In this document: positions 51,451 to 62,427 of the stretch, in pieces
How the letters are laid out: each line of letters starts with the position of its first letter
Position numbering within the stretch: the first letter of the stretch is position 1
DNA from: Sarea resinae
Taxonomy: Eukaryota
DNA length: 64,000 bases
Direction: 5' to 3'
NCBI GenBank assembly: GCA_026026165.1
Contig: JAPEUD010000051.1
Location: 62,001-126,000 of the forward strand
Made by a program: the position numbers and the translations under genes
The notes under the pieces: generated by a model
What the model was told of the DNA's origin: nothing
What the model saw: only the letters and a program-made list of their open reading frames with translations
Database searches by the model: none

Positions 51451-53020
51451 ATGGACCCCCCCGAGAGTCTCCCGGAAGCAATACAATCACTCATAAAGAC
51501 CTACGCTGATCTCAATCCCTCTACAATCACCGAGCTCACCTCTGAACCCTCACCCCTCGAGTTCATGCGCTACGTGGCTCAGAACCGACCCTTCGTTGTC
51601 CGCGGTGGAGCAAGAGACTGGCCCGCGGCCCGGAAATGGGACGCAGAATATCTAGAGCGGGTGATGGGGGATCAAGAGGTCAACGTTGCGATTACGCCTT
51701 TAGGGTGAGTAAGCCAGTGAGTGAAGAGTGAGCAAGTGAGTGAGTCTGGCTGTCTTATTGTCCTGCTTTTCTTTGCTTCCTAGCACACCACTCTACTGGA
51801 AGAGGTGAAAAATAATAGGAATGGAGATTCCAAAAGCGAAATGTGATAGGCTAATCTTCATGAAAAAGGAATGCCGACTCAGTCACCCTTGACCACGGAA
51901 ACAATTGCACCTACTTCGTCAAACCCCTCGAGCGCACCGAGCCCTTCAACAAAGTGCTCTCCTACATCCGCCGACAAGAACTAGAAGACCTCCCTGGAGT
52001 AATCAAATACGCACAAACCCGTACGCCAACCTCTCCTGTGCTCTTCCCGGCAGCTCTCTCCCAAACCCCCCTTTCCCTAGTCTAATCCCTGATTTCATCT
52101 CTTGGTTGAGAACAGAAAACGACAACCTTCCTAATGAATACGCACCTCTTACCCCCGACGTCCCACCCAGCATCCCGTTCGCACGCATCGCCCTCGAACA
52201 GCCATCCCCAGACGCGTTGAATCTCTGGATCGGCAATTCGCGTTCCGTCACCGCGCTGCACAAGGATGGCTACGAGAACATCTACGTCCAGATAGCGGGC
52301 GAGAAGCACTTCGTGCTGTTGCCGCCAAGCGAGGCTGCTTGTGTGAATGAAACGAGGGTGAGAGGGGCCACGTATGTTCATAGTAGTGTCAATGGCAAGG
52401 AAGAGGATGGTAGCGATAGAGCTGAGGTTCAAGAGGGGCACGAGGAAAAGCGAGTCGAAGACGAGAACAAAGTAGAGAGAATGATAAGCCTCGACATCCA
52501 ACCCGACGAGCCCGAGGAATACATCCCCTTCCCAACGTGGGATCCCGACATCCCCGCCAAAAACGCAACACCTTATTCGCACCTCAGCAAACCCATGCGT
52601 GTTTCGTTGCAGCCGGGCGACATGCTGTATCTACCTGCTCTATGGTATGTCATACCATCTCCCATCCCGTCGCTTACAACACCATATCCTCGAATACAGA
52701 TACTCATATTAGAACAGGTATCACAAAGTGTCGCAGTCGACCAGCCCCGAAGGCATCTGCGTAGCCGTGAATTACTGGTACGACTCCATCTCCTATCTCC
52801 CGTCTAAGTCCCCCTTTTTCTGCCTCCTTTCACACTCAAAAATCCGCCCATCTCACTTACCCTTATCATCACTGACTTCTCTCGGGGATGGAACAGGTAC
52901 GACATGTCTTACACAGGCGCATTCTACCCCCTAACACAGTTCGCGCGATCAGTAGCCCTTTTCGACGCTGCGACCCCTACCTCCAACTTCGACTCAACCT
53001 GTACTTCCTCCAGCCAGTAA
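51451..53020 (+). CDS. JmjC/cupin_8 hydroxylase, JMJD7-like; 5 exons
   Basis: EPSPLEFMRYVAQNRPFVVRG, VAITPLG|NADS, NLWIGNSRSVTALHKDGYENIY (HxD), GDMLYLPALW|YHKV, VAVNYW|YDM. Confidence 0.88.
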
Positions 53021-53819
53021 ACAAGACCCCGCATCTTCTGTAACCCAGCACTTTCGAGACACTACCTCCCTTCACACTTTCCACTGGCGGATAGATGATA
53101 TATCACTACTCTACACTAAGATGCAATACAATAAAATACACCAAACAGAGGCTGATCCAGGATCCTCTTCCTTGGTGAAAGAAAACTAGATGCAAACATG
53201 TTAAAGTCGGGACTTCTATCCCTCTGTTATACAGAAGAACCATGATTAACATAAGCAGAATCAAAAGGTCGAATAGGCAATGTGGCTACTGACCAGGACA
53301 AATAAAACGCCTGCATACGGCAACATCGCATACATTATATCGATATTTGAACTCCTCTGGCCTGGCCAATGACTTGTAATAAATCTCAGCCCCCTGATAA
53401 CCTCCAAGTTCTTAATCACCTACAAACATAAAAATCTATGTGTAAATCACACGCCTCGTCATCTCCGGTGACACGACTTTCCTCATCGACGTGATCTGAA
53501 GAGCACCTACTTCAGCTCGCGCTCAGTACCGACTGGCTGTCTGCCTGCCTGCCTGCCTATCTCCGCAACGCCATAGACAACAAGAATGGGCGTGAAGAAG
53601 AAAAGGGGCGAAATGTCCATGTATATACGCATGCTTTTTTTAAAAAAAAAAGAGAGAGCAGGGCCATCTACGTATCCATCTACATATCTATCTACAGGCT
53701 CGCTCGCAAAACACCTATTCACACGCCCGTGTAATATGTAACAGCGAACACGCCTATACAACCGATTCTTCCCCCAGAGGTCTATCGACGACAAAGAAAA
53801 AAGCATGCGCACTCATGTG

Positions 53820-56021
53820 TCAGTGCAGCCGAACGCCCGCCAGCCGCCGAACACTCCTCCACACGCTCTCCGTAACCCTGGGAGGCAGTTTCCGGCCGCG
53901 CAGCCTCTGATCCACGAGCCACAGGCCCACGACGAACTCCTCGCGGCCCAGTCTGCCCTTGCCCTCGCGGTCGACGAGATCCCATACCTCCTCGAGCACG
54001 TGGTCGGGCAGCCGGCTGCGGCTCCAGATATCGCGGACGACGAGGTTGGAGACGTAGTCGTTGGGGTCGGGAGAAGAGGCGGTGGTGGGGCGAGAGGCGG
54101 ACGGAGGTGGTGGAGGGGTCACTGTCACGTACAGGCCGCGATTGGCGGCGAAGACTCCCTCGTAGCGCTTGCGTTCGCGGTCCGTGAGCTCGTCGCGCCA
54201 CCTCTTGCGCGTGCCTTCGTGGTGCCGGTTCGGCGCTTTTTTCAGGAAGTGGTGTTTGTGTTTTTCGAGTGCGGATTCGTCGTGTTTGGGCGGTGCGCGC
54301 ATCGTTTGACGGAGCTGTTTCGGCGGGCTTGGAGTGCGGTTGTTGTTGTTGGTGGTGTCACTCCCCATGCTGTTGTTGTTGTTTTCGAAGGAGGAATTTT
54401 GGGGGTAATGGTGGTGGAAGATGTTGTGCGAGCGGGACGGGCGGCGGGGTAGAGCTGGCGCTTGCTGGGCGGAGGGAGAGGAGGCGCGCGAGGAAGCAAG
54501 GGTTGAGGCGACGATGGCGTTGGCGAGGGAATCGGAAGATAGATGAGCGCCTGTGTTGGGGGGATTTGCGCGGCGGAGTAAGCGGTCGTCACTGCTGGAG
54601 CTGTTGATCTCACTTGGGTGGGAAGCGGTCGAAGGATGACGGTCTTGCGTGGGGATTAGACGAGAAGCATTTCTGCCTCTAGGTGCGACTCTTCGTTCAT
54701 TGGGGGCATCGGGGCTTATTGAAGTCGTGCGGACGACTTGCGTTCTGCCGCTTGGAGTGTGGGAATGGACAACTGAGGGTCGGGATTTTGTGCGCCGAGG
54801 CGGTGGGACTGTAGGCTTTAGAGGAGTTTCTGGAGCAGATGCATATGACGCTTCTGATGATGAAGTATCTGATTCATGGTCGGAAAAGTGTCTCGTTTCT
54901 TTGACGTGTCCCTTTAGCGATTGCGGCCTCCTACGCGCCGGTGGTGGTTCAGGGACGGTCTTTTGGACAAGTGGAGACTTGGGTTTTGCTGGCGTCTTAG
55001 AGACCGTAGTTGAGGTGAGTTGCTTTGTCGGGAGTTTGACTGTTTGCATATCTTCCTTTGAAAAAGGAGAAGGCAAATTAGACTTATCGACGGCTTTTCT
55101 TGTTCCCCTGTTCTTTGGTACATGCTTTTCAGCAGCACCATCCAAGCCCCTGAGTGGGGCTAGTTCGGAAGAAAGCGGTCTCACTGGTTTAGGAGAAACG
55201 ATCGGAGGAGGCGCCACTGTAGATTTCATCAAAGAGCGGGATTCAGGCTGGTGAGGTATGCCATTGCGACTTTTTAGAGAGTCATGAAGCTGGCTAGGCT
55301 TGGGTGCGGGCTTAGAGTATGCTGTAGTCGCAGTCTGCGTTCGCGCCGGCGAGAGGTTCTTGGAAGCCATTTGTTGGGGTGATGCTTTAGCTGGTTGTGG
55401 TTCCTTTTCCAGAAATTGTGCCTTTGCCTTTCTCACTGTACCCGCTGTAGGGAGAATATCTGCATGGTCTGCATGAGCTGGGCCATCGTGGGTCGGTGGC
55501 CTGGATGTCGGAGACTGGCGGCTAGATGCGTTTGCACGACCTGAGACCTGAGGAGACATCCTTGATGTTGCTAATGACGCAGCAATTTCTGAAGGCGACC
55601 TTGATCGACCCCCTACACCATTGTTTGGCACTTCTAGTTGCCTCATCGGCGACTGATTGTTGAGGCCCCGTGCTCCCTCTCGTTCCGCCATGTCTCGAGC
55701 AGCTGCTGATCTGCTGAGCTCTGCTGCAGGCAAGGCCAGGCGTTCTGCGGAATGAGCGGTTGAGATCGAAGATCTATTTCGAGAATTGGCATTTCGAGAC
55801 AGACCGGCCTTTGTGGCGGCGGCCAGTGCATCCTGATCTCCAGTACGTGCACTCTTCAAGTGGCCAGGCTTTGCTGGGGGTTTTGCTGGAGGCTTGCCAA
55901 AGGCCATGGACGCTCCTTGGAGGGCTGCCGATAAAGCGGGGGCAGGTGCCCCGTTTGTGACTTTGGCGTCATTGTGATGATCTGCAAGACGGGGCGCAGG
56001 TGGATGCGCCGGCCGATTCAT
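53820..56021 (-). CDS. IRS4: Irs4/Tax4-like EH-domain protein; intronless
   Basis: Long Ser/Pro-rich N-terminus. C-terminus WRDELTDRERKRYEGVFAANRG...VVRDIWSRSRLPDHVLEEVWDLVD...EEFVVGLWLVDQRLRGRKLP (EH domain). Confidence 0.82.
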   Translation of the reverse strand: MNRPAHPPAPRLADHHNDAKVTNGAPAPALSAALQGASMAFGKPPAKPPAKPGHLKSARTGDQDALAAATKAGLSRNANSRNRSSISTAHSAERLALPAAELSRSAAARDMAEREGARGLNNQSPMRQLEVPNNGVGGRSRSPSEIAASLATSRMSPQVSGRANASSRQSPTSRPPTHDGPAHADHADILPTAGTVRKAKAQFLEKEPQPAKASPQQMASKNLSPARTQTATTAYSKPAPKPSQLHDSLKSRNGIPHQPESRSLMKSTVAPPPIVSPKPVRPLSSELAPLRGLDGAAEKHVPKNRGTRKAVDKSNLPSPFSKEDMQTVKLPTKQLTSTTVSKTPAKPKSPLVQKTVPEPPPARRRPQSLKGHVKETRHFSDHESDTSSSEASYASAPETPLKPTVPPPRRTKSRPSVVHSHTPSGRTQVVRTTSISPDAPNERRVAPRGRNASRLIPTQDRHPSTASHPSEINSSSSDDRLLRRANPPNTGAHLSSDSLANAIVASTLASSRASSPSAQQAPALPRRPSRSHNIFHHHYPQNSSFENNNNSMGSDTTNNNNRTPSPPKQLRQTMRAPPKHDESALEKHKHHFLKKAPNRHHEGTRKRWRDELTDRERKRYEGVFAANRGLYVTVTPPPPPSASRPTTASSPDPNDYVSNLVVRDIWSRSRLPDHVLEEVWDLVDREGKGRLGREEFVVGLWLVDQRLRGRKLPPRVTESVWRSVRRLAGVRLH

Positions 56022-56292
56022 TGGTGACCTCGAACATTGGCCGGATGGCCGTTACCTAGTATGGGATCAAGACAGAGCTGGAGAGCCAGACATCAAAGGC
56101 ACCAGGAGACATAGTATGAGAGAAGGTCATTCATATAGGCCGAGACGGAAGAGTATTGATATCGAGGAAGAAGCAACGACGTCGCGTACTCTGCGATTGC
56201 TGCGACGACGACTACGGCGGAATTATTAATAGCATGCAGGTCGTCCGTAAGGTACGGTACCGTCTTCGTGTTTCATGAAGATCCGCAGCTTA

Positions 56293-56357
56293 ATCTTATC
56301 TTATCTTATCTCGACTATTACATCATATCATATCATATCGTATCGTATCTAATCTAT
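56293..56357. repeat. (CTTAT)n/(CATAT)n/(CGTAT)n pentamer tract giving clustered GATA sites in the IRS4-LIG4 divergent region
   Basis: atcttatcttatcttatct...catcatatcatatcatatcgtatcgtatctaatctatc. Confidence 0.7.
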
Positions 56358-56730
56358 CTTTTCTCCAAGATCATCTTATCAAATTCACAGCTTACCCAGG
56401 TACCTTGGTAGGCAACAGCAACCGCCGCCGCAGCTTCACGCATAACCAAGACATTCACTTCCTCAGGCGTCAACAGGTCTATCTCATTCTTGAACATCTC
56501 AAGCGAAATGGAATGACTCTCCCTGTTCGTGTTTGAACTGACGATATCGCAATTGCCGTTGCTTGGCTTTCCATCCACCGCTATTCACCCGCCACTAAGA
56601 CATTGCCGACCAAGAGTCTGGTACATCAACACAAAGCGTAGCAGTCGGTCTTACTTCTCTCATTATGATCTCGTACTAGATCGTTTATTCTTCTGTCTGC
56701 GGCTGTGGTCTTTCACTCCCCTTGGAAGTC

Positions 56731-59700
56731 ATGGCTCAAGCCGACGATATTCAAATGATGGACGCAGCAGCCGTCGAAGAGGAGCAGAAGCAATACGGTC
56801 CTGGCTCACTGACGGAGCAAGATCTGAATGAGAAGTGAGCACTTCGAGTATAGGCAATGCCCTCTGATATCTCTGACTTTTTCAACTCAAGATACCCTAA
56901 CCGACCTCATAATCATTCTCGAACTCTACCGTTCCACGAGCTCTTCGTCAATCTGTTCAATCCTTTGAATGACCAGAAGAAGAAGCCTACCGGCCCAGTC
57001 ACGGCTAGAAAGAAACTTGGTCCTCACGGGCCAGTAGCACTATCCCCTCATGAGCTGCGACGGTCTATTATCGAGCGTTTCATCTCACGATGGCGGAAAG
57101 AGGTGGGCAACGACATTTATCCTGCCTTCCGACTGATCATCCCAGAAAAGGACCGTGACCGAGCTATGTATGGTCTTAAGGAAAAGGCGATCGGGAAGCT
57201 TCTGGTCAAAGTCATGAAGATCAATAAGAATTCAGAAGACGGGTTCAACTTGCTCAATTGGAAAATCCCGGGACAAACTACGGCAAGTCGAATGGCTGGA
57301 GACTTCGCAGGAAGATGCTTCGAGGTCATTTCAAAACGTCCACTCAGAACGACAGTAGGAGATATGACTATTGCCGACGTCAATCATCTATTGGACAAGC
57401 TCTCTACCGCACAGAAGGAAGAAGATCAGCTTCCGATCATGGAGGAGTTCTACAGGCGCATGAATGCCGAGGAGATGATGTGGTTGATTCGAATGATCCT
57501 AAGGCAGATGAAAGTCGGCGCATCCGAGAGAACCATTTTCGACATATGGCATCCAGACGCTGAAAGCCTATTCAACGTATCGTCAAGCTTGCGCCGAGTA
57601 TGCTGGGAACTATACGATCCTTCTGTTCGGTTAGATGGGGACGATACTGGCGTGACCCTGATGCAATGCTTTCAACCCCAGCTTGCACAATTCCAGATGC
57701 AAGGATTCGAGCGAATGGTCGAAAAAATGAGGGCAACAGATGATGATAAGGTCTTTTGGATCGAAGAAAAGCTTGACGGCGAACGCATGCAACTTCACAT
57801 GATGGATGATGATGACGTACCAGGCGGGAAGAGATTCGGATTTTGGTCGCGAAAAGCAAAAGACTATACATATCTGTATGGGAGCGGATTTCAAGACGAG
57901 ACCAGTGCTCTCACCCGCCATCTTAAAGAGGCTTTCAACGACGGTGTACAGAGTCTGATTCTTGATGGAGAAATGATCACTTGGGACCCGGAACAGGACG
58001 CAATCGTACCTTTTGGGACTTTGAAGACCGCAGCATTGGCTGAGCAGCGAAACCCATTCACGACTGGTCAACGACCTCTCTACAGGGTATTCGATATCCT
58101 CTACTTGAATGGTGAGCCCATAACCAAATATACCCTTAGGGACCGTCGACGTGCGTTAGATGCAAGCGTTAGGCCGGTTCATCGACGGCTTGAAATTCAT
58201 CCTTACACAGAAGCCAGAACGGCAGCTGAGATTGAGCCATTGCTTCGTAAAGTTGTCGCCGAGGCATCTGAGGGCCTTGTTCTGAAGAACCCCCGCTCTC
58301 CTTATCGACTGAATGAGCGCAACGATGACTGGGTCAAAGTCAAGCCTGAGTATATGACCGAGTTCGGCGAATCCCTGGACTGTGTTGTTGTTGGTGGCTA
58401 CTATGGCTCTGGACATCGAGGCGGTAAGCTGTCAAGCTTTCTCTGCGGCCTGAAGGTTGATCAGGACCAGATCAATCGAGGAGCGAATCCAATGAAATGC
58501 TATTCGTTCTTTAAGGTTGGTGGCGGATTCACCGCAAGCGACTATGCCAACATCAGGCATAAGACCGATGGTAGATGGAAGGACTGGGATTCGAAGCATC
58601 CACCGAAGGATCTGATCGAGCTTGGAGGTGGCGATCTTCAATATGAGCGTCCAGATGTGTGGATCCGGCCTGATGAATCCGTGGTACTGTCTGTTAAAGC
58701 AGCTTCCATCCATCAGACTGACGCGTTCCGTATGGGTTTGACATTACGATTCCCTCGGTTCAAGAAGCTCCGCACCGATAGAGATTGGACATCTGCCTTG
58801 TCCATACAGGGTTTCTTGGATCTCAAAGCAAACGTCGAAACTGAGAAAAGGGATCAAGATTTCAAAGTTGACGATGAAAGACGAAAAAGGGTAGCGAGGC
58901 CTCGAAAGAAGAAATTACTTATCGCAGGGAGTGATGAAGTCATACGGACGCCTTATGCTGGCCCAGAAACTAGCGTGTTTGATGGTCTGAACTTCTGTAA
59001 GCGTCAAGTCCCGCGCAACTCCAATTGTTTTCTAATATTCTTAGTCGTCATGACTGAGAGCATCAAGCCAGAAAAGAATAGCAAAGCCGAGCTAGAGCAG
59101 CTCATCAAAGCCAATGGTGGAAAAATATACCAGACTAACACGGCGGCGCCAGAAACAATTTGCGTTGCTGATAGGAGTAAGGCGAATTGTATCTGCGAAG
59201 TCGGATCTCTCTAACTGTGAGCAGGAGTGGTGAAAGTAGCCTCATTACAAAAAACAGATCAGACGAATATCATCCGTCCCAATTGGATATTCGACTGCAT
59301 CCAACAGAGCCAAGCCGACAATAGCAAGCCCAAATACCTCATACCCCTGGAACCAAGGTTGGTCAATGTCCAACCTCACCACTGAAGAAAAACTTACATA
59401 TCCACAAGACACATGCTCCACACCATCGAAGAGTCTTCAGAAACCATCGCCCAGAACGTAGATCCATATTCCGACTCGTATGCCCGTGACGTGTCATACG
59501 ATGAACTCAAAGCAATCATCGATTCCATGCCCACCAAACACCAGCACGCGTTCGATCGTTTAGCTTTCAAGCATCGTCTCCTGTCATCCTTTACCAATAG
59601 TGGCGATATGCACGAGCTCCCATGTTGGCTCTTCGATGGCCTTGTCATATATCCCGATTTCGCCACTCTGAACTCAAGCAATGAACTCTCGGTTTCGCCC

Positions 59701-60214
59701 TCATCAGAGAAGCCGAAAACGCTCCTCTCAGACAAGAAAGATGCAAAACTCGGCCTACGTCTTGCATGCAATACGCTCCGCTTCGCCGGCGCGAGTATCG
59801 TCCACGATCTCAGTGACCAGAGTATCACTCATATACTTATCGGAGACGATCGGACGCGCGTCGGGACCATCAGACTGGCATTGGCCGAGTACGTTTTCCC
59901 GTTTCTTTCCCCCATCTCTGCTCCTTTCTTCTATTCCCTCTACTAAAAGGTAGAAACATATCCTAACATATCATGTCATCCTAGGAGACGAAAACTTCCG
60001 CGTCTGGTGGGTACAGATTGGGTCGAGGACAGCTTCAAGGAACGGACGAGGTTGGATGAGGAACGTAAGTCTTGCCATTTCCTTCCTCTGCTCTCTTTCT
60101 CGTGTCTGGTTTACTCCCGTGTCACCACCCGCTGTTCGGTACGGAGATTCTTCTGTCAGATTATGCTAATGGCTTTCCCGCCCTTGGATGAGAGTAGGTT
60201 ACACCATTCTATGA
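56731..60214 (+). CDS. LIG4: DNA ligase IV with C-terminal BRCT domains; 7 exons
   Basis: EEKLDGERMQ (adenylation Lys), ILDGEM, SEGLVLK, WVKVKPEY, TLRFPRF, two BRCT-like regions; ends EERYTIL* after the last intron. Confidence 0.94.
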
Positions 60215-60674
60215 AGTGTCGGATAGATACTAGAACGAAGTCAAGACTATATGAGCATACGACGCCTCATGTGCCCGAGACTGCAGCATATTTTCACGTG
60301 GAGTTCAGGGACAGCAAGTTTCACTAGCATTTTTTCACGAGGTCTTGTTGGGCTGGAGAATAGTGTTGGTGGGGAAGATCAGATTCTATAGGATATCCGA
60401 TTTCATGTCCTGTATAGATGGGGAGTCCGAAGCATGATTTGCTATGGCGTGCTTCTTTTTTCTCGGCCGGCAATTGATGCATACATTCATACATACAAAT
60501 ATACATGCAAAACATTCCCGCTCGGCCAATTTTCGAATCCTCTGTTCACGATGACCAAGCTCTAGACATTTAGATTTCTACGATCAGACCACACATAGAT
60601 CGTATCCATCCATCCATCCAGAAACACATGCGCACTGCAAATGCCCCAACTATGCTGACCTAGATAAGTATGCA

Positions 60675-62427
60675 TCAAGTCTCACTCAGCGCAAAATGCC
60701 GGACCAACGACCTCAGCCGCTCTTTCTCGGCCTCGCCCGCGAAGATCATGTCGATGGCGCGGCGGCTGAGCGCAACGAGGTCGGCGCGCGAGAGGCCGAA
60801 GTGGTGCGCCACGAGGGCGTATTCGGCCGACAGGGGCGAGAGGAAGACGCCTACGTCGTCGGTCTGGAGAGAGCGGGGGGATGTGATGTGAGTTTGTTGA
60901 GGTGGGTATGAATATGAGAAGGGTAATGGAGACCTACACAAAGAGCGATCGGATGCCCCTCCTGGCGCCACCACGCGCCGAAATGGTGGTCTGCGATCCC
61001 AGCGGCGGCTGCCGCCCCTGGCCTTGCACCGGGGCCTTGGACAGCAGGCAGCATGCCCGCGACGACGTTGCACGTGACGCACAGCTCGACGCCGACGCGC
61101 CTCGCCACCAGCTGCTGCCGCACGGGCTCCGGCACGTAGATGGCGTGGCCCACCCGGTCGGGCGCGAAGGATAGCATGGTTTCCAGCTCGTCCGCGATCG
61201 CTGGCGGACCGATCTCCCCGAAGTGCAGCGCCAGCTTCAGACCGGCTCTCTTGGCGTCTTGGAAGATGGGGGAGAGGGTCGAGCGAGGCGGGAGCGGGAT
61301 GGTGGGGTTGCCGGAGAGGTCGAGGCCGAGGACGCCGCGAGGGCGGAAGCGCGTGGCGAGCGATGTGATGGCGGCTGCTGAGGCGGCGGTGAGGGTGCGG
61401 CGGTCGAGGGAGAGGAGAAGGTGGGTCGTCAGTGGGGTCGCTGGGGCTGGGTCGCCATTCGGGGTTTGTGGCGGCGGTTGCAGGTGCGGCGAGGCGTTGT
61501 AGGCGTCGATGGCGTCGAGGATCGTCGACACGTATATTTCTTCTGTTATCCCGGCGTCTGGGATGGCGCGGGGCGTGGTGCGCAATTCGAGGTAGACGAC
61601 GCCGTCGGCGTGGAAGGAGGCCAGGACCGAGAGGGTGGCGGCCGTTAAAGAGGGGATGTCGGAGACGAGGTGGTGGATGTAAGTTGAGAAGAGAGGGAAG
61701 AATCTGGGAGTTTTCTGAGCTTGGTCTTGAATCTGAGAAAATGGAGGTGTGGGTATGAGACTGGGTTATAGATATCGAACTGCAAGAGATATACAGCAGA
61801 AAAAAAAGCAAAACTCCGCGGATTCTTGTTGCGCTTTCATGAAAACAAGGCAGGACATGATCGACTTAAGAAGGGTATAGCCATCATTGAGATAACAATG
61901 CCGGCTGACTCGTAGGTCACCGAGAGCTCAGATTTCATAGAGGAATTTGGAATCAGGAACTCCGCAACACTGGAACTCTTGATGCCAGACAAGGAATACA
62001 AAAAGAATGACAAAGAAGCAGAGAAAAATCGGTCCCTACGTCTTCAGGTCATAATCAGCTTTCCCCGCCGGCATGGCAATCAGCGGATCTTCAAAGGGAA
62101 ACGCGGGCTCCCGCTCTTTCCGCCGCACCCAGATCTCGTGCAGACATTCTCGACTGATGCTTCCGCTGAGATGAGCATGCAACTGTGGTCAGTCGCAGGT
62201 TGTCAGCGTGACTCGACGATCAACAAGTCCATCAAAGCAAACAGATAGCTCTCCCAATCAGGCCATCTCGTTGGCGGGAACATCTACGAGACGTCCAAGG
62301 CTGGACTGGACCATGACTCCATGGAAGATGAGGATGTGGACACAAGACATACTTCGCATTTGGGCAGACGGCGCGTAAATGCAACGTCTACGGCGCCCTG
62401 CGAATCCGAGCCATCTGCCTCGGCCAT
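60675..62427 (-). CDS. Adenosine deaminase-like protein (ADAL/MAPDA-type); 4 exons
   Basis: LPKCE|LHAHLSGSIS, DGVVYLELRTTPR, GLDLSGNP, LALHFGE, DRVGHA, ALC|TDDVGVF. Confidence 0.88.

Noticed and set aside
60007..60327. Extended LIG4 C-terminus or separate ORF
   Set aside because: A canonical intron (GTAAGT...GCTAAT...TAG) gives the short terminus EERYTIL* at 60214.
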